The translations under genes were made by a program, and so were the position numbers. The notes below the pieces were generated by a model that did no database searches, was not told the DNA's origin, and saw only the letters and a program-made list of their open reading frames with translations. DNA of 64,000 bases from positions 3,427,435 through 3,491,434 of the forward strand of contig OZ253501.1 of assembly GCA_965262145.1 (NCBI GenBank), read 5' to 3'. This document shows positions 19,982 to 28,626 of this stretch, piece by piece (position 1 is the first letter of the stretch; each line of letters starts with the position of its first letter). Source of the stretch: Candidatus Latescibacterota bacterium (lineage in GTDB: Bacteria; Latescibacterota; UBA2968).

Positions 19982-20097
19982 GGAGTTCCCCCGTTTTCGC
20001 GTATAATGTAGAAGGTTCACCCCAATCATCCTGTGCCATCAATTTTTTATGGATGATTGGGGATTTATACTGTTATACACCAAAACGGGTCAAGTCC
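19982..20097 (+). repeat. island repeat copy R4
   Basis: Arms GGAGTTCCCCCGTTTTCGCG / CACCAAAACGGGTCAAGTCC. Perfect inner inverted repeat CCCCAATCATCC (20020-20031) / GGATGATTGGGG (20051-20062). Confidence 0.85.
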
Positions 20098-20121
20098 AGT
20101 CCATAATCGCACGGCCCGCTA

Positions 20122-21030
20122 CTAAGGGTTAGCCTCTAATGAACAATCCCACCAGTACTTGATGGTTTCAGGAAGCAGTGAAAGATTTTGACGCGCAAAT
20201 TCGATAAGTTCATTCGGGCAGATGGTAGTCACATTCTGAGGTCTATTACACCCGTACTTACCAGACGCTGCAAACAAAAAGACCTGATCCACCTGGACAT
20301 CTTCCCCATATAAAGATGCGTCAATGCATTGGTTCCCGTGTTTCACCTGAACGCCTGCTGATTGAGACTTGCGATTTACCAGTGTCACTTCGTATCGCGG
20401 TGTATTCTCAGCGTGACTGCTCAACACAACGCGCCAGTCCCCATCTTCTTCCAGATACAGAATAACGAGATCCTCAAGGGCGTAGGGATCCAGAAGTTCG
20501 ATGAAGTGTCCTTTCGGGCGAGGTGGCGCATATGCGGGCACGGTCTTATTCGCAAATAGCCAACACGAATAATCCCGTGCATGTTTATCCCAGATACACT
20601 GAAAAGCGGGACCAAACATTGAGAACCGAGCTTTGATGAGACCTGGAACCTCTGTATCGCGGATTGCTGCTGATCCTGACCTCCTACCAATTATGTAGGC
20701 TGATACGACATGACACATGCCGTACTTTTTGGCATCACAGTCCCATCGGGGCTTTGGCTTACTTTTCACACGTCCGAGTAAATAACCGCCTTCCTCGTCT
20801 CGCGTCCATATCAGGTCGTTTTCTTCAACCCTCATAAAGTCACGAACTGCTGGGGGCACTTTGCCATAATACTTGCGTTGATATTCCAGATACTCATCAC
20901 CCCACAGCCCTTTAGCGTCGTCTGGAACGCCCCAACCTAAGCCCAAAATACCTTCTTTTAGACAGTAATGCACAACATCTTTAGAGTCTATGCCCTTCGG
21001 ACGGAGATGAAGTCGCCAGAGTTCCGCCAT
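20122..21030 (-). CDS. putative Mrr-like PD-(D/E)xK restriction-type nuclease with an unknown N-terminal domain
   Basis: C-terminal LEDLVILYLEEDGDWRVV...PRYEVTLVNR...GVQVKHG resembles the Mrr_cat layout (FE.lv, acidic, QxK). AAGGAGG sits before the ATG. Confidence 0.45.
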   Translation of the reverse strand: MAELWRLHLRPKGIDSKDVVHYCLKEGILGLGWGVPDDAKGLWGDEYLEYQRKYYGKVPPAVRDFMRVEENDLIWTRDEEGGYLLGRVKSKPKPRWDCDAKKYGMCHVVSAYIIGRRSGSAAIRDTEVPGLIKARFSMFGPAFQCIWDKHARDYSCWLFANKTVPAYAPPRPKGHFIELLDPYALEDLVILYLEEDGDWRVVLSSHAENTPRYEVTLVNRKSQSAGVQVKHGNQCIDASLYGEDVQVDQVFLFAASGKYGCNRPQNVTTICPNELIEFARQNLSLLPETIKYWWDCSLEANP

Positions 21031-21147
21031 TGATGTACCTCCTTAAAAAGATTCCTACTTCCGAGCGCGTGATTGGCTTTTTGACCGATTCACCCGCTTT
21101 TCCGCTCTATCACTGCTTCAACGAACTGGGCAACCATCCTTCAGGCT

Positions 21148-21263
21148 GGAATTACCCCGTTTGAGTGAATAGTGTAGAAGGTTCACCCCTATCATCCTGT
21201 GCCATCAGTTTTTCATAGGTGATGTATAATTTATAATATTATACATCAAAACGGGTCAAGTCC
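21148..21263 (+). repeat. island repeat copy R5
   Basis: GGAATTACCCCGTTTGAGTG...TTCACCCCTATCATCCTGTGCCATCAGTTTTTCATAGGTGATG...CATCAAAACGGGTCAAGTCC. Confidence 0.85.
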
Positions 21264-21376
21264 ACTTCCCACATCTTTTGTGAGCCTGTTTTTTCTCTCT
21301 GTGCATAATAAGCTGCTCTGGCAAATGGTTCTAAAAGTTTGTCCATGACAATTTTACTCCTTTCTGGTGAATTAAA

Positions 21377-21410
21377 AAAAGACCGTGCTTACCACAAGCA
21401 CGGTCTTTTT
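21377..21410 (-). terminator. hairpin terminator of gene 22884-23150, separated from it by the IS insertion
   Basis: AAAAAAAGACCGTGCTTACCACAAGCACGGTCTTTTT, with U-runs on both strands. Confidence 0.55.
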
Positions 21411-21417
21411 CGTGGAA

Positions 21418-22850
21418 GAGGTTGTGCTTATCTTAGTTGAAATAGTAGAGGCTCCAATGTAAATTGGATACAGCAGATTCAACCGTGAAAACGCTGTGTC
21501 CTCAACCAAAGGAGCCCGTGATGAAAAAAGTATCGCACAAAGCCCCCAAAGTCAAGACAATCCACAAAGACGATAAAACGCCAGAGAGCCCCACAGAAGA
21601 AGAACTGGACGCACTGGATACACGCATCGCGTTGATCCAGGCCTTGATCCCAATAGGATTAGACGCCGTGGCAGAAGAATTGCAGCAGGAAGTGAGCCGC
21701 TTAGCAGGTGATAGATACACTCGCAAAGAGCAACAAAACCCCAATCGTCGGTGGGGCAGTCAACAAGGGTCTGTGTATCTTTCTGATCAAAAAGTGCCTA
21801 TCTCTGTACCGAGGGTACGTAATGTGGAGACGGATGAGGAAGTCTCCCTGGGGGCCTATCATCATCTTCAGGTTCCCAGACGTATGGATGAAGGACTGCT
21901 GCTTCGCGTGATCAAAGGCATTGCGACAAGGTCTTATCACGCCTGTGCACAAGCGATACCCAAAGCCTTTGGGCTGTCCTCATCAACGGTATCGAGACGT
22001 TTTATCAAGGCGTCGGCACAAAAGCTGAAGCAGTTTCGGGAACGCTCTTTAGCGCAGTATGACCTCGTCGCCCTCTTTATAGATGGCAAGACCTTCGCGG
22101 ATCAGGAGATGATCATTGCCCTCGGCGTCACAGTAGAAGGCGAGAAGATCCCAATAGGCTTTGTCCAGGCTGCCACTGAGAACGAGCGTGTCTGTCGGCA
22201 GTTTATACAGTCCCTCATAGAACGCGACATGGTCTATCACAAGGGCCTGCTGTGTCTTATTGATGGCTCAAAAGGGCTGTATGCTGCCCTTACAAAGGCA
22301 TTGGACGGGTATGTAGTCATCCAGCGTTGCCAATGGCATAAGAGGGAGAATGTGCTTTCCTATCTGCCGAAAAATAAACAAGATGAGATCAAAAAGGCAC
22401 TCCAACACGCCTACGACCTGCCCACTTACAAAGAAGCTAAAACTGCTCTCTTATCCCTTAAACCCGAATTGGCCTTGATCAACGAAGACGCGCTAAACAG
22501 CCTTGAAGAAGGTCTTGAAGAAACACTCAGCTTGCATCGTCTGGGACTGATGCCACACTTGAAGCAGTCCTTTCGTACGACCAACTGCATTGAGTCGCTT
22601 AACTCAATGGTGGCACAACTCACCCGAAATGTGAAGCGATGGACAAACTCTAATCAACGCCGTCGCTGGTTAGCCACTGCACTCTTGGACATCCAACCCC
22701 GCTTGCGAAGGGTCAAAGGCTACAAAAGCCTACCCAGGCTCAGGCGCGCTCTGCACAAGAACTTGAAGATAGATACAGACTGGCAAGACGCGATTGCTGC
22801 TGATTGAATCCAACAGCCTCCATTATTTCAACTAAAAATAGGACTTGACC
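21418..22850 (+). mobile_element. IS256-family insertion sequence, intact, with an 8-bp target-site duplication
   Basis: TCGTGGAA occurs at 21410-21417 and 22851-22858. The terminal inverted repeats align without gaps from both ends (TTAGTTGAAATAGTAGAGGCT / TTAGTTGAAATAATGGAGGCT). 1433 bp. Confidence 0.85.
21521..22807 (+). CDS. IS256-family (Mutator-like) transposase
   Basis: Start at the ATG at 21521 after GGAG. Contains VALFIDG, LIDGSKGL and QRCQWHKRENVLSYLPK, all typical of IS256 transposases. Confidence 0.85.
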   Translation: MKKVSHKAPKVKTIHKDDKTPESPTEEELDALDTRIALIQALIPIGLDAVAEELQQEVSRLAGDRYTRKEQQNPNRRWGSQQGSVYLSDQKVPISVPRVRNVETDEEVSLGAYHHLQVPRRMDEGLLLRVIKGIATRSYHACAQAIPKAFGLSSSTVSRRFIKASAQKLKQFRERSLAQYDLVALFIDGKTFADQEMIIALGVTVEGEKIPIGFVQAATENERVCRQFIQSLIERDMVYHKGLLCLIDGSKGLYAALTKALDGYVVIQRCQWHKRENVLSYLPKNKQDEIKKALQHAYDLPTYKEAKTALLSLKPELALINEDALNSLEEGLEETLSLHRLGLMPHLKQSFRTTNCIESLNSMVAQLTRNVKRWTNSNQRRRWLATALLDIQPRLRRVKGYKSLPRLRRALHKNLKIDTDWQDAIAAD

Positions 22851-22883
22851 TCGTGGAATGCACATAAATGACAACCGATGAGA

Positions 22884-23150
22884 TCATGTCAAATTATTGA
22901 TTTTAACCATGCAAATGTAATGCCTCATGGCCGTTCTCTGGTTTCGGATCGTCTTCTCTGGAACCTTTTTCACTTTCAATTTTTCGGAGATGTTTTCTAT
23001 GTCGTCTTGTGATTTAAGTGTTTCAGGGTTTATTGACATAGACAACTCGTTACAGACACGTTTCAAATATGATATATATGACTTTGTTGAGGCTACACTA
23101 ACTCCTTGTGCCCTTATGTATTTGTTATAGAGTTCACAATGTTCAATCAT
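22884..23150 (-). CDS. 88-aa hypothetical protein
   Basis: ORF only. The start codon lies 1 nt from the left arm of repeat R6. Confidence 0.4.
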   Translation of the reverse strand: MIEHCELYNKYIRAQGVSVASTKSYISYLKRVCNELSMSINPETLKSQDDIENISEKLKVKKVPEKTIRNQRTAMRHYICMVKINNLT

Positions 23151-23151
23151 T

Positions 23152-23365
23152 GGAGCTTCCCCGTTTTGGTGGTGTGTTTAAGGCGTTGGTGGCGATTGGT
23201 ATGGTATATAAACTAGCCAGTGAGGCCCAAAAAACAGGCTTCAGACTACGCGGTTACAGGCTCATCCCCTCGTCATTGAGGGGGTGAAGTTCCACAGCCT
23301 GCGCCATCAGTTTTTCATAGGTGATAGGTGATTTATAATGTTATACACCAAAACGGGGCAAGGCC
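23152..23365 (+). repeat. island repeat copy R6 (expanded by about 100 nt of internal sequence)
   Basis: Left arm GGAGCTTCCCCGTTTTGGTGGTGTGTTTAAGG; right half CCATCAGTTTTTCATAGGTGATAGGTGATTTATAATGTTATACACCAAAACGGGGCAAGGCC. Confidence 0.8.
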
Positions 23366-23424
23366 ACTCCAGTTATTTTTAATGGCATTTCAACAACATT
23401 AAAAATTTCGGGTCTTCACAGGAA

Positions 23425-24942
23425 CTAAAAAATATTCTTATCTTCGTCAACTACAATAGTATCGCCAAATATCTTACTTCTAAGACACATTGCAGTAATA
23501 ACTCGCAAATTTTGAATTGGATCGCCGAATTTACGTTGATATTCAACATACTCATTCAAATCTTGAGCTTCAACAGGATCAGGATGCGAAACAAGTTTAT
23601 TTCTTATTTTATACAACAGATTGAGCCTCCTAATTTCCAATTCATTATTACTATCAATTTTTAGTTCCTGAAGGATATTTTTTTTTAATTTTTCGCTACG
23701 ATCATCTTGAAATAATGCACTAAGTGTAGCAAATAGATGCCCATATTCTGTTAGCTGGTCAGTTTCAAACCATGATTTATGATACCACTCTAATGCTTTC
23801 ATCTCCTGAACATCAGATGACTTTTGGGATAACAATTTTGAATCTAAAATTTTCAACCATTTACAATCTTTCTCTGAAATAATTATATTAGTATGAATGG
23901 GTGGAGTTAAAGGTTGAGTAAAACTTTGACTACATACGCCATAATCAAATCTCATAACATCAGATATAACATCAGTTCTCGCTGTAAATGTCTTTCGCCA
24001 CCGATTGTGCAGATTCAAAGATATTGCACCTAATACAATTCTTTTTAAACGATCATGATCTTCAGGCTGGGCTTTTATGCCCAGCCAAGATGCTACCTCA
24101 ACTTTTTGCAGTATAGAGTTCCTATCAAATGTAGGTGGATACAAATTAGGAGCCTCGATTATTGCATCGCTGTCCTTGAGAAATGACCTAATGCCTGGAA
24201 ACAAAGATTTCACAAGAAAAATTTTTCCGCCTTTTGTATAGTAATCATTTTCGACATCTATAGTACTAGAGGGATATATTGACAAAGAAGACCTAAAAAC
24301 TATGCTACACTTTATCGCAAAATAAGTAGATAAAGTTTTCAGCTCCATACCTGACACTTGTTCATAGAAAGAACCCTTGAATGGCATACTCAAAACTGCA
24401 TCCTTGATGAACCAATAGACATGTAGAGAAGGAAAAAAGTCCTGTAAGTATTCTTTAATTATTTCTTCGTGACGCCGTTTTATATAGGGATATGAATTAT
24501 TTTTAAAATGTGATACCGCCTTATTAAAAAGATCAATTTTTGTATAAGTGCGAACACATAAGTCATCCTCTACAAATCTGAAAGGGCCCTCCTGAAATAT
24601 CCCTGTCCCAGTAAAACTAAAGCATTTAGAATCAATATCGTCTGTGTAACAAAATAAAGATTTGAGTAACAATTTGACAGTTTCTAAATGAAACTCCTCA
24701 TAAAAATGTATTCCTTTAGAAGCAGACTCTAAAATCGAATCGTATAAAAGACTCTTAGCCGTTTCAAAAAGATGTGGATTTCTGCCTTCCGTCAAATCTT
24801 CAAAAATGCTACTGGGAACCATCTGAAAGACCCTACGTCCGTTTTCTTCAATTTTCATCATATATTTTCGACCAGATTCATTTTGAAATATACGATTTCC
24901 ATTTATGTCAGGTTCAATCTCACACCAATTTTTGGGTATCAT
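23425..24942 (-). CDS. 505-aa protein with a C-terminal HEPN-like Rx5H motif (Abi/Apea-like candidate)
   Basis: LLYKIRNKLVSHPD near the C-terminus fits the HEPN Rx4-6H motif. AT-rich gene relative to its surroundings. Confidence 0.45.
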   Translation of the reverse strand: MIPKNWCEIEPDINGNRIFQNESGRKYMMKIEENGRRVFQMVPSSIFEDLTEGRNPHLFETAKSLLYDSILESASKGIHFYEEFHLETVKLLLKSLFCYTDDIDSKCFSFTGTGIFQEGPFRFVEDDLCVRTYTKIDLFNKAVSHFKNNSYPYIKRRHEEIIKEYLQDFFPSLHVYWFIKDAVLSMPFKGSFYEQVSGMELKTLSTYFAIKCSIVFRSSLSIYPSSTIDVENDYYTKGGKIFLVKSLFPGIRSFLKDSDAIIEAPNLYPPTFDRNSILQKVEVASWLGIKAQPEDHDRLKRIVLGAISLNLHNRWRKTFTARTDVISDVMRFDYGVCSQSFTQPLTPPIHTNIIISEKDCKWLKILDSKLLSQKSSDVQEMKALEWYHKSWFETDQLTEYGHLFATLSALFQDDRSEKLKKNILQELKIDSNNELEIRRLNLLYKIRNKLVSHPDPVEAQDLNEYVEYQRKFGDPIQNLRVITAMCLRSKIFGDTIVVDEDKNIF

Positions 24943-25133
24943 GATAAACCCCCGTCCCTTTGGTTACTGTGGTACATAATGCTTTTTTTTGAACACCCTA
25001 TTCTCGAATCGTCAAACCTGTGCCGTTTGTCGGGCTTGATTCCAATATACAGATCACCGTATCACCTTCTTTCCTGTTGGATGTTAGAGAAGACAGGTAA
25101 AGGGCGGTTCTATGAAAACCGCCCGTTAAGCAA

Positions 25134-25162
25134 AATATATCCAACAGCGTCCAGACTGACAA
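25134..25162 (-). promoter_or_regulatory. candidate sigma70 promoter for the HEPN-motif gene
   Basis: Minus strand has TTGTCA (25162-25157), a 17-nt spacer and TATATT (25139-25134). The hairpin GGGCGGTTTTCATAGAACCGCCC follows. Confidence 0.4.
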
Positions 25163-25184
25163 CCGTATTTTTGACTTGTATGCG

Positions 25185-25285
25185 GGATGACTCCGTTTTA
25201 GTGGATAGCGTAGAAGGTTCACCCCAATCATCCTGTGCCATCTTTTCATAGGTGATAAGTATATCCACCAAAACGGGGCAAGTCC
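25185..25285 (+). repeat. island repeat copy R7
   Basis: GGATGACTCCGTTTTAGTGGATAGCGTAGAAGGTTCACCCCAATCATCCTGTGCCATC...CACCAAAACGGGGCAAGTCC. Confidence 0.85.
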
Positions 25286-25287
25286 AG

Positions 25288-25454
25288 TTGGACATTGAAC
25301 CCCGCCTGCGAAGGATCAAAGGCTTCCGAAGTCTGCCCAGGCTCAGACTCGCGTTGCAGAAGGACTTGAAACTCGATACGGACTGGCAAGACGCGCTTGC
25401 TGCTGATTGAACCGACTGGCCTCTTATTATTTCAACTAAAAATAGGACTTGACC
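25288..25454 (+). mobile_element. 3'-terminal remnant of a second, diverged IS256-family copy
   Basis: Aligns with 22685-22850 of the intact IS (transposase C-terminus plus right inverted repeat ...AAAATAGGACTTGACC). Abuts repeat R7. Confidence 0.8.
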
Positions 25455-25594
25455 GGAGGGACCCGCCGGGGCACTAAAGTTGATAGTTGCATACAGAGTT
25501 GCCTTTTATCTATGGTTGCTTTGAAACCACACACCACGTAATATAAAGAATAAATCCGCAACTGCGTAACATCAGTTAAATAGGAGATTTCGAT

Positions 25595-26698
25595 ATGAAT
25601 AGGTTTTTAGTATGGACTATTTTGGTTTACTTAACTCTTGGTTGTTTTTGGGTTGTTTCTGCATCGGAGAAAGATCATGAGGTTAAAGGTAAGGCTGTTT
25701 CTATACCTGGAGAAAGAGACCTTGTTGGCGTATGGAAATTTAAGGATACTGACGCGCATGTGCTGTTGGCTGATAATTTGAAAGATTTTCTTCGCGTTCA
25801 AGGCATGGATTCCGTTCAGGCTGAGACGATGAGTAATACCATGTTGCCCATTTTGGAAGACTTTTTTATAGAAATGTCGGAGGGAATGGAAAGGCGTTTT
25901 TATGCGGACAATACATGGCAAAATAAGATTGGAGATAAAGGGACTTGGCGTATTGATGGTGATAAGCTCGTCGTAACTATTGATGAAGATTTTGTTTTCA
26001 GGTATGGTTGCTTTTTGGATGGTGATAACCTTACTCTTACAATTTCAGGGGCGCAGCTTTTGGATTTGGCTAAACAGTCAAGTGAAAGTTCTGGAGCGGA
26101 TACCGCGATGTTTGATAATTTTATCAAAGAAACGGATGTTGTAAACATAGTTTTTACTTCAGGATCAAGTAATGAAGCTGATATTTTTGGTCTTAAAAAA
26201 GGCATGGGTATTTCGGAAATACGTGCTTTGGGATTTGGTGATCTTGAAGAACAAGTAGAGGGTGTCTATGCTCAGTTTAACCCTAAGGTGCCAATAGGTG
26301 CGTTAAATGCAACTTTTGTTGTTCTGCCTTCTGGTGGACTTGTTAAGGTGTTGTTTAGTTTTGAGGTAAAAGCAGATGAGTATGGTTTTAAAATCAGAGA
26401 AAAATATGAGGAATTGCGTGACCTGCTCGAATGGAAGTATGGAAAAGGTGTTGAGCAGAATTTTTTGCGACCAGATGCAGATTTTATGTTGAAGGATCCA
26501 CCGTTTTATATGATGGCATTGGCGAAGGGGGCGCGTGTTCTTAGTTGGACTAAAGGATTTATACTTGACAATAGGTGGCAACTTCAAGCTGTGGGTGTTG
26601 AAGTGGAAGGCATAGACTTTAATACCGGAATGGTAATAGTTATTTATGAATTTGATGGATTTGAAAAATACATTGATAAACAAAAATCGGGGTTTTGA
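25595..26698 (+). CDS. secreted protein of unknown function
   Basis: Signal peptide MNRFLVWTILVYLTLGCFWVVSA. The only non-mobile island gene on the plus strand apart from the Rpn-like gene. Confidence 0.55.
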   Translation: MNRFLVWTILVYLTLGCFWVVSASEKDHEVKGKAVSIPGERDLVGVWKFKDTDAHVLLADNLKDFLRVQGMDSVQAETMSNTMLPILEDFFIEMSEGMERRFYADNTWQNKIGDKGTWRIDGDKLVVTIDEDFVFRYGCFLDGDNLTLTISGAQLLDLAKQSSESSGADTAMFDNFIKETDVVNIVFTSGSSNEADIFGLKKGMGISEIRALGFGDLEEQVEGVYAQFNPKVPIGALNATFVVLPSGGLVKVLFSFEVKADEYGFKIREKYEELRDLLEWKYGKGVEQNFLRPDADFMLKDPPFYMMALAKGARVLSWTKGFILDNRWQLQAVGVEVEGIDFNTGMVIVIYEFDGFEKYIDKQKSGF

Positions 26699-26701
26699 TT
26701 G

Positions 26702-26790
26702 GATTTGCCCCGGTTTAGTGAACAGTGCAGAAGGTTCACCCCAATCATCCTGTACTATTAGTTTTTCATAGGTGATAGGTGATTTATACC
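26702..26790 (+). repeat. island repeat copy R8 (right arm missing)
   Basis: GGATTTGCCCCGGTTTAGTGAACAGTGCAGAAGGTTCACCCCAATCATCCTGTACTATTAGTTTTTCATAGGTGATAGGTGATTTATAC; starts 4 nt after the stop at 26698. Confidence 0.8.
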
Positions 26791-26818
26791 TCAGCTTATG
26801 GATCGCAGTCCATTTTAT

Positions 26819-27190
26819 TCAGCTATCAATTCTTGATAGCGTAACCTGCTCATAGCAGGCACTTTGGTCGCTTTGGTCTGGATATTGCCCCTCGATCATT
26901 TGCCAAAATTTCCTTCTTTGTCTCTCCTTGCTTTGAAGCTGGAGTAACGGCTGCAACCGATAGACAGATAGGAAACTTAGTCTTGGGTCTGAGTCATCTA
27001 TCTTCAAGATAAAATCTTTAATTTCTTCATCCAGTTTGAGCAACTGTAGAATCAAGTGGATTTTGGGTTGCGAAATGCCCACCTGTTTCGCAAGTGCTCT
27101 CTGAGATTGAACGTGGCCCTTTTTAAGAAGTTCGTGATAATATAAGGCTCTTTTGATATAATTGGGATGTAGCAATTTTCGAGTAACCAA
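26819..27190 (-). CDS. ParB/KorB-like HTH DNA-binding protein, possibly N-terminally truncated
   Basis: RALAKQVGISQPKIHLILQLLKLDEEIKDFI. TTG start. The frame stays open without an ATG up to about 27316, and a neighbouring frame holds ORF 27220-27405. Confidence 0.45.
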   Translation of the reverse strand: MVTRKLLHPNYIKRALYYHELLKKGHVQSQRALAKQVGISQPKIHLILQLLKLDEEIKDFILKIDDSDPRLSFLSVYRLQPLLQLQSKERQRRKFWQMIEGQYPDQSDQSACYEQVTLSRIDS

Positions 27191-27654
27191 TTGTTTTTTA
27201 GTTTTATGTCCGATTGCGATTATGGGCTTATTGTTCCGACGGGTGTGATGGATGGGGAAGTGGTCCCATACGGAAAAAAGTTCAGTGAATGCATCAGTCG
27301 GGCAACCAATTTTTTAAGGTCGTAAATTGTTGCTGCAACTGAGCAACACTTACGGCCTTTTGTTTTTTTATCAAAAGCGATCAACTCTTTCACCATACCG
27401 CTCATTCATCGCTCAAAATATACACTTTTGCCGCCAATGCTTGTGCCCCTCTATCTCAGCTTCAACAGGCAATCCACAAATTCAAGTTGAAAAAAAGAGC
27501 ACAATACAGCATATTGAAAGCATAATGAGGTGCCTGAGTTTCTGTCGAGCCTCCTTTTAGCGCACAATTTTGTGACATTGGCCTGATATTTGCTCGGGTT
27601 CTGACTGTTGCGTTTGTCCAAAATACAACCAACCTTCAGACCAGGGCATCTCAC

Positions 27655-28626
27655 ATGGCAGAATTTGATACGATATCCAAACACCTCACTCAAACTTATC
27701 CCGACGACTTCGCTAACTTCACCCTCGGACGCGAGGACGTTGAAGTTCTTGCAGTCATTGACACAGAGCAATTCACTGTTGAAGTACACCAAACCGATAG
27801 CCTGATTCGCGTGCGTATCGATGGCGAGGAGGCACTGGTACACAACGAGTTTCAAACGACTGATAGCACCAATCCGCCTATGCCGCGCCGCATAGTCGGT
27901 TATATCGGACGTGCCATTGGGCAGCATGGCCTGCCGATATATTCCAACGTGATCTACCTGCGTCCCAATGCTGGGCAGCGCGATCCCGGGTACTATGTCC
28001 AGGAGCGTCCCGGCTACCACATCGCGATTCAGTACAAGGTGATCAGACTGATTGAGATAGAAGGGCAGCGCGTCCTCAATGCAGGGCATTCTGGTCTGAT
28101 CCCTTTCACGCCGTTGATGAAGCCACCAGAAGAGATGACCTCAGATGCGTGGCTACATCAGTGTATTCACACGGCTCGGATGCGCCCCATAGATCGGTCG
28201 TCCAGGGCGGATTATCTCGCAGGCATGGTGGCATTGAGCGAGTTGGTATATGAGTCTGAAACCATTTCTGATATTATTTTGAAGGAGGGCATCATGGATC
28301 TGATCCGCGAATCATCCCTTATCCAACGCTTTACCCAACAAAGCAGAGAGGAAGGCAGAGAGGAAGGCAGAGAGGAAGGCATTGAACAAGGTATTGAACA
28401 AGGCATTGAACAAGGACTCAGGGAAAGTATCCTCGACGTGTTGAAAATTCGATTTGATCTCCGCGAGACAGATCCCATATCTGCTCGCATAGCCGCCATC
28501 GACGATGTGCAACGCCTCAAGCAGTTGCACCGCGCGGCGGTCCAGGTGTCCAATCTTGATGAATTTAGCCGCGATCCAGAACCAAAAGGTGAGAACACCA
28601 TCATTTCTCAAAAGACTCCTTACTGA
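27655..28626 (+). CDS. Rpn/YhgA-like PD-(D/E)xK recombination-promoting nuclease / putative transposase with a DUF4351-like tail
   Basis: N-terminal D...E.Q layout (DSLIRVRIDGEEALVHNEFQT). REEG x3 and IEQG x3 linker followed by ILDVLKIRFD. Confidence 0.65.
   Translation: MAEFDTISKHLTQTYPDDFANFTLGREDVEVLAVIDTEQFTVEVHQTDSLIRVRIDGEEALVHNEFQTTDSTNPPMPRRIVGYIGRAIGQHGLPIYSNVIYLRPNAGQRDPGYYVQERPGYHIAIQYKVIRLIEIEGQRVLNAGHSGLIPFTPLMKPPEEMTSDAWLHQCIHTARMRPIDRSSRADYLAGMVALSELVYESETISDIILKEGIMDLIRESSLIQRFTQQSREEGREEGREEGIEQGIEQGIEQGLRESILDVLKIRFDLRETDPISARIAAIDDVQRLKQLHRAAVQVSNLDEFSRDPEPKGENTIISQKTPY
28343..28414 (+). repeat. in-frame tandem 12-bp repeats inside the Rpn-like gene
   Basis: GCAGAGAGGAAG x3, then G(C/T)ATTGAACAAG x3. 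Confidence 0.9.

Noticed and set aside
21239-21346. A 35-aa ORF (MDKLLEPFARAAYYAQREKTGSQKMWEVDLTRFDV) with AAAGGAG upstream, running into the right arm of repeat R5.
   Set aside because: The RBS is plausible. However, the last third is encoded by the repeat arm itself, and there is nothing to compare it with. I did not report it as a gene.
14433-26790. A short peptide, MAQDDWGEPSTL..., encoded on the minus strand of the island repeats (it also appears inside listed ORF 25110-25319).
   Set aside because: There is no Shine-Dalgarno sequence. The length and C-terminus differ in every copy. The ATG is lost in R8 and the sequence is altered in R6. The conservation is explained by the DNA/RNA hairpin itself.
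27191-27405. A possible frameshifted N-terminal extension of the HTH gene (ORF 27220-27405 plus an open frame upstream of the TTG start).
   Set aside because: Neither frame shows a recognisable domain and no ATG is in frame. It is noted in the feature evidence only.
27451-28089. The 212-aa minus-strand ORF overlapping the Rpn-like gene.
   Set aside because: It is antisense to a gene with clear family motifs and has no recognisable motifs of its own.
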